DNA of 64,000 nt from Eledone cirrhosa (Eukaryota): contig OZ024757.1 of NCBI GenBank assembly GCA_964016885.1, forward strand, positions 26,536,001-26,600,000, read 5' to 3'. Below, in pieces: positions 39,301 through 52,200 of this stretch (positions are counted from its first letter, which is position 1; every line of letters starts with the position of its first letter). The position numbers and the translations under genes are program-made. A model generated the notes under the pieces. It saw only the letters and a program-made list of their open reading frames with translations. It made no database searches and was not told where the DNA came from.

Positions 39301-42300
39301 TATTACCACTACAACTACTACTAATACTACTGCTATTATTGTGTCTTCTAGGATTGTTCATTGACTAGTTCAGCTGAAGATTTAATTCTCATCCTGTACA
39401 AGTTTGTTCTTGAAACTGACCTTACTGTTTCTGGTAAGTCCCCGTTCACCATTTTCTTAAACCTTTCTCAACACATGACCCTGCCGGCAGGACTCTTTAG
39501 TTGTGCCGTAGACAACCTCCCTATTATTTGTGATCTACATGATAAGCGCACGCAGTACACTGTGTGAAGTGGTTGGTAATAGGAAGGGCATCCTGCCATA
39601 GAAAACCTGTCAACTAAGGGTCGGGAGGTCTTTTCAGCTTTCCTAATGTTGGTGTCACAATAAAATGTACTGGATTGTATGTCAGGCTCCCATCCCATAT
39701 GGAGGTCAGTGGCTCCACATGAGTACTGACATGTTCAACCCTTGCGAGCAGAGAAAATGGACATTACATTAACTGATCCACTCTGTTAATGTGGTTGGCA
39801 ATCCAGCTGTAAAAACCTAGCTAGAAACAGTTCTGTATGAGCAAGACACAGTCAACTGATGTGACAACTCGTCTTACTCATGCTAGCATGATAAACACTT
39901 TAGCATTTATACTACTCTATATATTCTATTGTATTTTAATGATAAAGGTTTTACTTCACATAATATCGAAGCTACGAGATGTTGATGTTATTTATTTTGA
40001 GAACAATACCTTAACATGAGGGTCATTGGTTTAGGGTGTTTGTTATTAAAAGGGTCAACTCATCTTAACTTCTACCTGTTGCTCCACAGAACAAACCCAG
40101 AAGGAAGTTCGGCAAGTTTGTATCAATGGGATGCAGACCCTGTTCCGGCGTCAGTCCTCAACGTCAAAGACCAGCAGCAGTTTTTTCCTCCATGTTTTCC
40201 AGGCAGTTAGAGATACTGTGATATGTAAGGTGGCCTCCACAGAACAGTGAGTAGTGCCTAGGTTTTTGTTTTATCATCATATTCTTATTATTATCGTCTG
40301 TAATGTGGTAGTGCCTGTGCCACAGCAGAAGGTCATAGTACTAGTGCCATGACAAAAAGCACCTTGTTGACCCAATAAAGTGGTTGTACTGGTACCACCA
40401 CAAAAAGCACCCTGTCCACCCAATAAAGTGGTTGTAGTGGTGCCATGACAAAAAGCACCTTGTTGACCCAATAAAGTGGTTGTACTGGTGCCACCACAAA
40501 AAGCACCCTGTCCACCCAATAAAGTGGTTGTACTGGTGCCATGACAAAAAGCACCTTGTTGACCCAATAAAGTGGTTGTACTGGTGCCACCACAAAGAGC
40601 ACCAGTCCACCCTGTTATATCATAATGCTGGTGCCATGACAAAAAGCACCCAGTCTATCCTGTAATATGATAATGCTGATGTCATGACAAAAGCACCTGT
40701 CCTCGCTGTAAGGTGGTTGTGCTTGTTCCTTGACAAAAGAACACTGTGTCACCCTTTGAGATGTATTTGTGCTTATGCCCTGATAAAAAACACCTTGTTA
40801 CCCTTTAAGGAAATTATGCTTATGCCCTGGCAAAAAGCACCCTGTAAGGTGGTCGTGCTTGTGCCTTAACAAAAAGCACTAATCCATGCTATAGTGTGGT
40901 AGTGTGTTGTCATGGTAAAAAAAACACCCAGTCCATCTATTTGGTGATGATGATGATGGTAGTGGTGGTGGTGGTGGTGATGATGATGATGACAATATTT
41001 GTTTCTGAAGTCTTCTTATTCTCTAATCTCTCCCTCCTTCCTTCTTCTCTCTTTACACTCCGACCCTTTTTTCATCCTTTGCAGATTACAAACAGTTTTT
41101 GGCGAAGTGAAGACCCTGATAAATACAGTGTTTGGAGAACTGGACAATGGCTTGACCAGTCCTTTCTTGACCGAGTACCTCTGCCAGCTGTTTACAGTCA
41201 CTGAACATGTGCTGCCACCTGTACAGGTAAGACCATTATGGCTAATTTCATTATAAGGGGCTGTTGACCCTGTATTTAAGTAATTGACCAAGACCCCCCC
41301 CACCCACCCACCTATACAGTTAAGGCCATGATAGTTAATTTCATTATAAGGAGCTGTTGACCCTGTATTTAAGTAATTGACCAAGACCCCCCACCTGTAC
41401 AGTTAAGACCATGATAGTTAATTTCATTATAAGGGGCTGTTGACCCTGTATTTAAGTAATCAACTGAGGTCCTTGTGCTGCATGGTCAGAATTATTAGAG
41501 AGTTGGCCAAATTTTCTTGTAATAATTGATCTAACTCTTTACACTGTTGATTTCATTGAATTTCCCCTTCCCTTCAAATTACTGGCCTTGTGCCTAAATT
41601 AGAAACCATCATTATTATTATTATTGTAAGGCTGGTGGATTGGCAGAATCAGTAGAGCATCGGACAACATGCTCTGCAACATAGAGTTACTTCCCTGTAC
41701 ATTCTGAATTCAAATCCCACCGAGGTCAATTTTGCCTTTCATCCTTCCAAGATAGATGAAATGAAGTACCAGTCAAGTACTGGGGTTGCTTTAACCCTTT
41801 AGCATTTAAACTGGCCATATCCAGCCAGAATTCTCTCGCCTTTTTCTGTTCAAACTGGTTGTAACCAGCTGCTCATACTTATGTTAGGGTATTGTTATCA
41901 GAATCTCATAGATTCAATATTATATGAGGTAAAGCCTTTACCATGAAAATATAATAGTATATATAGAGGGATGTGAATGTTACAGGATTCATAGACCCCC
42001 ACCCCCAAAAAAATTACTTGCCACGTGTCTATGTTAGAAACCAATGTGGATTGGCAGTATCGGTAGAGGGTCGGACGTCATGTTTTCCAGCATAGTTACG
42101 TCCCTTTACGATCTGAGTTCAAATCCCGCCGAGGTTGACTTTGCCTTTCATCCTTACGGGGTCGATAAAATAAAGTACCAGTAATGCACTGGGTAATTGC
42201 TGGCCTTGTGCCTAAAGTAGAAACAATTATATGAAACATTTGTTTTGTTGTTTTTATCTTTATAGTTTGAAGAATATCTCATGATAGTTGGACAGCTGAG

Positions 42301-42819
42301 TGCCACTTACTGGGATTGTCAAAGACACAAGAAAGCCATTTCTGACGTTCCTTCAGGAGATTTCCCTACTTCCACTGTCTTCACCAGCCTCTTCCACTGT
42401 TCTCTGTTAGACTTGCTGCAAGATGCTGCCACAGAGAACACAAGTGACCAGCCAACCTGTTTACTGGACCAAACACAACTTCTCTCAGTGCTCTACAATC
42501 TGTTATGTTCTGTTGCCATTTCTGAAGCTTGGGTTGATACCTATAGCATGGTAAGTATTGTTGTTGTTGTTGTTATGCTAAACTACCTCAAACCAGTCCC
42601 TCTTTCTATGATATGATATTTTTAACCCTTTAGCAAATACGAATTATGGATGTCATGGCACATCAAAAAACCTTCCATCATAATTTTATATGTGAACCTT
42701 TGGTATGTTATGTTCCCAATGCCAACTTAATAATGAGAAAATTAGTTATATTATTATATCCTACCAAATATGTATATTTATAAATATATTGTGTGTGTGT
42801 ATATGTGTGTTTGTGTGTG

Positions 42820-42856
<37 letters not shown>

Positions 42857-45800
42857 AGGTAACACGGTAAAGAGCTCCCAGTCCACACTGTATATGTGGT
42901 TGGGGTTAGGAAGGGCATCCAGTCGCAGAAAACCTGCCAGATAGTCCTATACGAGCGAGACATAGTCACCCGACCAATCTTGCTTCAAGTGGGACAGTTC
43001 CCGTCTAACCCATGCTAGCGTGGAAGATAGATGTTAAACGATGATGATATATATATATGGTGTTTGTTTTGTTATTTACAGGATACTGACCTGAAGAAAT
43101 GTGTGGGGACTTTACACAAGCAGGTAACTAAACAACTGGATTACCTGGATGACCAACAGACCAACACATTACTGGACCTCTTCACACAACGGTCAGTTCT
43201 TTGAAATGATGTTGCTGTTGTATTGCATATATTTTACATCCTTTTTACTACTACTACTATATCATATACACACACACACACACATGTATCTGTCTGTGTA
43301 AATGTATGTATATGATGATGTGTTTGTGCATATATATATATATATGTCTCTGTTAGAGATGATTATATATATATATATATATATAAATTTAAAGGGTAAG
43401 ATATTGTCAAAACAAATGTATCCACATTATGCATGTTTGTACAATTATACAGGCACAATGATATAAGATCTGAGAGACAAAAGTTATTATAAGATAAATT
43501 GTTACCATGCATATATATATATATATATATATATGGAGGCACATGGTTTAGTGGTTAGAGCATTAGCCTTGCAATCGAAAGGTTGTGAGTTCAATTCTCA
43601 GACCGGGTGATGTGTTGTTTCCTTGAGCAAGATACTTTATTTCATATTGCTCCAGTTTACTCAGCTGTAGAAATGAGATGATAGGGGGGACTGGGGTCCC
43701 TATCATTCCACTGCAAAGTGGTCGTGGAGGTGCCACGGCAAAAAAGCACCCAGCACTCACTGTAAATGAGGTTGGTGTTGGGAAGGGCATCCAGCTGTAA
43801 AAATCAAGTCAGAATCATTTCCCATCCCACCCTTGCAAGCAGGGAAAAAGTGGGCGTAAAATGAAATGACGAAGATGATGATGATATATCATCATCAACG
43901 TTAAACGATGATGATGATATATATGAACCCTGATGACTGAGTTCCGACCGTTTTGACAGTTAGGGTTATGCTCCACCTGGTTTTTTACCACACTCTATCT
44001 TATATATATATATATATATATATATATAGATGCATTGCCAAAGAAAAATCAGATAGCAAGTCAACTTACATAGATGGTAAAATTTCGATTATTTTCAAAT
44101 TGGATAACAAGTAAAAAAACATGCTTAAGAATGGTAAAATTTCCGAGATTTCAACACTCTATATATAAACATTTAATGTATCTATTTTCTTTCATAGTGT
44201 TCTATCTGATGGCCACTGGCAGGCTATGGGATTGCAGTTTTTATTGGAGCAAAAATTCAATGAGAAACTCTCTGAAAACAGGTAAATGAAAATCTTTTTA
44301 TTTTTCCTTTTATTAATTATTAAAAAAATGTATGACATTGTTTTGTTATATTTTTTTTACATTTTAGAAAAAAAATCTTTAATTAAATTTTCTCCCTCAG
44401 TTTTAATCAGCTTATTGGTGTTATTTAAATTTAATGTCACATTTTGTGAAAAAAAATGCAGAGAGCTGTAAAACATTCTATCCAACATTTTAACGATTTT
44501 ACCAATTCGCCGCTGCATAGTATAACATCCTAGAAAAAAGACAAAAAAGAATATTAGTCACAACTTAGTGTAATGGTAACTCACTCACAGTATATAATTT
44601 TCATTTTATTTCATTATCCATTCATATATTTATTGCCATTTCTTCCTCTTCTTAGAATCGGTGTCTATTTTGAAGAGGAATTTACAGAGAAATATGTCCA
44701 AATGTTACGTGTGTTGATACAACATTGCACACCATCTGCCTGTTGGAACATCACCCAAGTTCTCGTGACAAAGGTGCTCTCCTTGCCTAACGAAAACCTC
44801 TTTTCTCTTAATTGTAAGTAACTTTTCTCCACTTTTCCTCTCCTTGTTATTGCAGTTGTTGTTGTTGTTGTTCAGTTGCAGCTCAACACAAAACTGAACC
44901 ATCTTGTTTTCACATATTCTATACAAATTTTTAAAGACAGTAGGGTATGTTTTGAGGAAAATTTGGTTCATTATATACATACATACAGTCATACATACAC
45001 ATATATAAATGTATATCGCTTGCCCCTTATATATATAACACACGTAACAGGTTGATACATAATAAAAAAAACTAAATACATGTAAACAAAGCTTCATTTT
45101 TTTTAATATATGATGATGATGATAATTATATATATATATTTATTAAAATAACATTAAAGTTTAAACAAAGAATCGCTGCTTTCACCCATAACAGCATCTT
45201 CTGAAACCTCTTCGGATTTTAGTTTTCATATTTATTATTATTACTATATATATATACATATTTATATATTGTCATGGTGATTAGATAATTCGAAATATAT
45301 ATAATTCTCAGACCGGGTGATGTGTTGTTTCCTTGAGCAAGACACTTTATTTCACATTGCTCCAGTTTACTCAGCTGTAGAAATGAGATGATAGGGACTG
45401 GGGTCCATATCATTCCACTGCAAAGTGGTCGTGGAGGTGCCACGGCAAAAAAGCAGCCAGCACTCACTGTAAATGAGGTTGGTGTTAGGAAGGGCATCCA
45501 GCTGTAGAAAATCAAGCCAGAATCGGTTCCCGTCCCACTCTTGCAAGCAGGGAAAAAGCGGATGTAAAATGAAATGAAATGAAGTGAAGTGAAGTCATTC
45601 TTTTCCTTTTTTTCAAATATACCTAACTGTACCAAGGATCTCACACATTTTCCTATATATATATACACACACACCTTTAATATCATCACTGCTTTATGTC
45701 TATTTTCCATGTTGGTATGGGCTGGACAAGATGTTACATTCTGACAGGTTTGTTTCTGCAGCTGTTTACCTTTCCTAATACCAACCACTTTACTGGGTGT

Positions 45801-46972
45801 CCTGGGTGCATTTTATCATGTCACCAACATTACCCCCTGTCATCACCATTGCTACCATCATTGTCATCATCACCACCACCACCATCGTCACCCTCATCAC
45901 TATCAGCATCATCATCACCACCCTATGTATATATGAGATATTCTTTATATAAATTGCAATGTTTATATTGTTCTCTGTCATTACCTCCCCCTACCCTCCC
46001 ACCTTCAGGTGCTGTAGGTCTGCTGCCCCTCATCACCATGGCAACAGCTAAATGTAAGTTCCTGGAAGACCCTGGCAAGCAACCAATCTTTATTGAACTC
46101 TTAAACACTTTAAATGGGTGGAGGAACGCTGGAGACAACTTCCTCTTTCACATGTAAGTACTTTCTCTTGTTGTTGTACATGGTGTATATGTTGTTGTTG
46201 TTGATAGTGTTGTATATGTTGTTATGGTGTATATGTTGTTGTTGTACATGGTGTATATGTTGTTGTTGTTGATAGTGTTGTATATGTTGTTGTTATGGTG
46301 TATATGTTGTTGTTGTACATGGTGTATATGGTGTTGATAGTGTTGTATATGTTATTGTTATAGTGTATATGTTGTTGTTGTTGTACATGGTGTATATGTT
46401 GTATACATTGTTGATAGTGTTGTATATGTTGTTATGGTGTATATGTTGTTGTTGTATACATTGTTAGTGTTGTATATGTTGTTATGGTGTATATGTTGTT
46501 GTATACATTGTTGATAGTGTTGTATATGTTGTTGTTATGGTGTATATGTTGTTGTATACATTGTTGATAGTGTTGTATATGTTGTTGTTATGGTGTATAT
46601 GTTGTATACATTGTTGATAGTGTTGTATATGTTGTTATGGTGTATATGTTGTTGTATACATTATTGATAGTGTTGTATATGTTGTACACATTGTTGTTGG
46701 CATTCTATATGTTGTGGTACAAGATGTTTTGATTTTACAGTTCTGGTCTTTATATATATTTGAAACACAAATTTAAATAATTTTGAAAACCATACAATGC
46801 ACTAGAAAATTAAGATTGCTAAGATAATAATAGAATCTTACCTTAGCAAATTTAATAAAGATTCTATTGTTATCTTGGCAATTTTAATTTTTTAGTGCAT
46901 TGTATGGTTTTCAAAATTATTTAAATTTGTGTTTCCTATTCAACAATGCTTCAAGCAAACTACAACACTATG

Positions 46973-47032
<60 letters not shown>

Positions 47033-47239
47033 GGTGAGAGCGGACCTCAGATCACTGAAGCTCACGGAGGAGATGACGAAGGACCGTGACTAGTGGAGAG
47101 ATGCTATACTGAATAGGACCCGTCCCACCCTTGCAAGCAGGGAAAAGCAGACGTAAAATGATGATGATGATATATATATATATCAGTGCTAATTTTGGCA
47201 GACCGCCTATGGAAGCACCATAGGTACCATTATACACAC

Positions 47240-47271
<32 letters not shown>

Positions 47272-49199
47272 TCACACACATAGAGGAATATACCTGTGTA
47301 TGTTTAAGTATATAAGTGTATGTGTTTTGCATACAAATAAACAAATAACAGAGAAATTGAGGAGACGGGCAGGGCGGAAACAGAAAAAATATGTGTATGA
47401 TGATGATGATGATGATGATGATGATAGTCTTCAGTCAGTAATCTCAAATGTTTTTCTGTAATTCCAGTGACATCACCTCAGCTCGTCCTCATACCATCTA
47501 CTTTAATGTAGAAGTGATGAATTTCCTTAGGTTGATCTGGTCACAAATATCAATCCTTGATAACGACCAATGTGATTTCATTCTCTGTAGCGCTATTTCC
47601 TGGCTTCAGGTAAGATGTTGCCTCTTCTATATGTTTGGGGTTTGGGGTTTAGGGTTTCAGTCTCCATTTTCTATTCTGAGGATTTCTTGTTTCAGACTTA
47701 GTGTACCTTATATGGTAGGTTGTGGGCAAACTGTGGCCTGTTAGGCTTTCTCAATGGCGCGCCTAGTTTTAAAATTACCTTGAATTTTTTTAGTAGTGTG
47801 GCCTACGTTATGTTAAGCCCCAACATACTTACCCACCCACCCACCTACCTACCTATCTTTTTACTCACATAATATAGCTGTTGCCTTCTTTATTGATTTA
47901 ATGGTTTCATCCATTCTTTCTCTAAGATATTCGCTAAATCTTTGCTGAAAAATTCTTGTTGGACATTCTACTGCTTCTATGGTGTTTATTATTATTGTTG
48001 TTGTTGTGTTTTTTGGGGGGTGGGGGTATCTCCTCTACCCCACCCTCCTCCTCACCTTACACTCCTGCCACCACCACCACCACCACATATCTTCCTACAT
48101 ACATACATGTCCTCCCACACACCTACTTAACCCACCCATACCTACATTCCATTCAACCTCACTGTTCTGTATTAATCTGTGTCCCTACCAGAGTGCCAGT
48201 GAGACCAAATGTAACAGTGAGTCACCAGTTCAAGTCCAGGTGTTTACAGTAGCAGTGTCTCAACTTCTACATGAGATGTCTGCCAGCCTGATACAGTCCC
48301 AGACCGATATTCCTGACAATGTCATCTCTGAGTGGAACGAATTTTTCAGTGAAGCCATCTACACTCTTGTCATTCCTCTCTATATACATACAGCAGGTGG
48401 GTTCTTTCTTTCATTCTTCCTTCCTCACATTCCGCAACAGAAAACCATTCTCTCTCTCTCTCTCTCTCATATATCTATATATATAAAAGCGAGGATGTGT
48501 GTGTGTCTGTGTACAACTTTGGACAGCTAAGGCTTTTACAATTTCCAACCGAATTTGACCAAATGTTCTGTGCATGTTGCACCTGTCGCTAAGATGGTCA
48601 CATCACAAACATTTTTTAAATCGACCCACATTGAGCAATAAAACATCAATAGCAAAATTATTTTTTCTAAAGTGCATGATGTAAGGCAGAAATCAATCAA
48701 AACAAAATCCTTATGGGACTTTCCATTCAAACTGTCTGCTTTCATTACACCTTTTTGTACTTTAGCAAAACTGCCTGTATTTTTACAGATTTGCAACGTG
48801 TATTGTCTTTAATCATTTGTATAACTACATCCTGTTCAGTGTTTTCCTTCATTATCAGCATAGTTTTATGTGTACAAATATCGCACTAAATATTCGTTTG
48901 CATTAATTATTGAAGACTTCTGCTTATTTTGACAGGTTGGGGACAAATAATTTTTTTCTTTTACTTCCTAGCTGTATATTCTTAGCATAATTTCAAACGC
49001 CGGGTAAATCTGCTAGTATATATATATATATATATTGTCACAACCCTTCGTTTGGCAAACTTTCTACGACTGGATGCCCTTCCTATCACCAACATATATA
49101 CAGGGTGTTCCCCAAAAATGTAAACTCCATTTTAATAAATATTGCCTGTACAGGTAATCAAAGTGTGTATACATTTTTTTTTGGAGGGGGGGGGGACCC

Positions 49200-49235
<36 letters not shown>

Positions 49236-52200
49236 TATTGGTGCTCCATTGTTTTTGCCGAGATTAAAATAAGTGACATAGTCACTACTCTAAAACTCAT
49301 AGCGAATGGTCTTCAAAAAGTTTTTAATTAAACATATAGTATATTGCCAAATATACTATACATATTTTCATATATATATATATATATATCGATTGTAGAA
49401 AAGTAACACACGAGTTGATATATATAAAAACAAATAGTAGAAAGGAAAAAGATTCTTTCAGTAGAAAATGTTGAAGAGATTTTTTTCAGTGAGATATCAA
49501 AACATGTTTTATATATATATGGTATGTGGTTGACAGATGAGAGAAAGAAGTACTCAATACCAAAGTAGAGTTTTCATATTCATTTATATTGAATGCTAAA
49601 ATGTGAGTCTTGTTACTCTGGAGTTTCACCTGTTTATCCCAGGGTCATCAGTTCTTGTCTGATGACCCTATATGTAAGCATGTGATGATGATATGTATAT
49701 ATATATATATGTGGTTATCTCTCTCCCCCTCTACAGAGAGTGTGATGGCATCAGAGAAGAACTTTGATGTACAACATCCCGTTGTTGCTTGGCTAGGACA
49801 GGTTCTAGTCCACTGCCCACAAGACCGACTACTGAATGCACCTCTGAAAGGAGAGGCCAGCTGTACCAATACGACGGCCAGTGAGAAGCTGGAGGCCATT
49901 CTGGAGCAGTTCTGTCCGATGCTCCTTTCGAAACTGTACGCTGTCCAGGTAACAGCCTACCATGTCCTCAACAAGTAAGTGGAAGGGAATATAATCATCA
50001 TGATCATCATCTCCATCATCATCATCATTACCATCTTCATCACTACCATTGTCATCATCACCATCGTCACCGTCATCTTCATCTTATCCTCCATCACCAT
50101 CATCGTCACCATCACCATACCCTTTGTCACCATCAATGCTATCATCATCACTATCACCATTAGTATTTTTCATTTCTACATGTATCTATAAAATGTTGAC
50201 TGTTATTATATCTAAGCTATTTTTGCCTCTCCCTTGTAAATTAAAAGATTTAATTATTTTCCTGGTTTCAAGTTTAATATAATAAATTTTCCCATCTATC
50301 TACCCACTAATAAAGTTAATATAAACATTTGAATTAACAAACCTGCTTTTAAATATTTTCTGCTGAGTCATTACAGAATATTAACAGTTAAATTTTCTCT
50401 GTATTTCTTTCAGAATTGTCGGTGAACTCCATAGTCTGGAGACCCAGGAATCATCTGAGATGGATTGTGTAAAGAAATTTAAGAAACTCTCGTAAGTACA
50501 AAGGACTTCTTCTTCACCATGGATTGGCAGTATCGGTAGAGAGTCGGACAAAGTGCTTTGCAGCATAGAGTTATGGTCCTTTACATTCTGAGTTCAAATC
50601 CCGCTGAGGTTAACTTCACCTTTCATCCTTATGGGGTCAATAAAATAAAGCACCAGTAACGCACTGGGGTCGATTAAATCGACTTTTCTCTACCCCCAAA
50701 TTACTGGCCTTGTGCCTATATAAGAAACCATGATATTTTCTTTGCTCTCTCTTTCATGTTTTTCTTCAAATCCGATGTAATTCAGTTTGTGCAGATGTTA
50801 TCTCAGGCCATCCTCATGTCTCACGGGACCAAGAATTTCCACCTGGAAAGTTCTCTTTCTCTAAAGTGTAGTTGCTCATGCATGCAATTTCTAGTCCCCT
50901 CCCTGCTTCAGCACCATTGATGTTGTCTAACAGAACGGCAGGGCACGATGCAGCTTGACACCAATTACGTCACACGTGAACCCAGAATACAAATGTATAG
51001 TGTAGTGCTGGAGTCGGCAACCTTTTGGGGTCTGCAGGCCACATAGCTATGCAGTGTCTTGTCAGCAGGCCATATAGCTATGTAGTGTCTTGTCAGCAGA
51101 CCACATAGCAATGCAATGTCTCATTGGCAGGCCACATAGCTATACAGTGTCTCGTCTGCAGGACACATAGCTATGTAGTGTCTTGTCAGCAGACCACATA
51201 GCTATGCAATGTCTCATTGGCAGGCCACATAGCTATGGAGTGTCTCGTCTGCAGGACACATAGCTATGCAGTGTCTCGTCTGCAGGAGACATAGCTATGC
51301 AGTGTCTTGTCAGCAGGCCACATAGCTATGCAGTGTCTCGTCTGCAGGACATATAGCTATGCAGTGTCTTATTGGTATGCCACATAGCTATGCAGTGTCT
51401 TATTGGTATGCCACATAGCTATGCAGTTTCTTGTTGGTAGGACACATAGCTATGCAGTGTCTCGTCTGCAGGACACAGCTATGCAGTGTCTTGTTGGTAG
51501 GACACATAGCTATGCAGTGTCTCGTTGGAAGACCATGATATCAAAATAGATTAAATTTGCTTAACCTCAGACTGCTCTGTCTAGAACGCTACCTTAATCC
51601 CAGGATTTAAAGAATAGTGAATTTTATGTGATATTACTTTAATGACATTTCTTACGCATACTATCTATACACGTATATACACACATACACGCACAAACAG
51701 TCCCCTGGACCTGGATGTCTGACTGTTCTATCTATCTGAGTTTGATTGTTTGTTAATGTCACACAAAAAACTACGTTCAGCTCAGTGCGTCTTGTGGCTA
51801 GACATGTTCACTCGTCGGTCTTCTAATCCAAAATAATTCAGAGCACTTTTCAGGGATCGCTTAGCCTAAGATTGAAACCTGTTGGCAGGCCGGACAAAAA
51901 TCCTTTGCGGTCCAGGGGTTGCCAACCCTTGGTGTAATACGAGGGCGTATAGAATTGTATGTTAAGGGGAGAGTACTGAACTCTATGTTAAGGGGAGAGT
52001 ACTGAACTCTATGTTAAGGGGAGAGTACTGGATTGTATGTTAACCCTTTAGCATTTAAACCATCCTTATCCGACCAGAACCTTTTCATCTCTTTCCGTAC
52101 AAACCGGCCGTAACTGGTCACTCATACTGATGTTAAGGTATTGTTCTCAAAATAAATAACATCAAAATTTCATAGATTCGATATTATGTAAGATAAATCA

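Noticed and set aside
43110-43130. Alternative donor CAG|GTAACT inside exon 17
   Set aside because: A phase 0 exit is incompatible with the phase 2 entry of exon 18; no evidence of use
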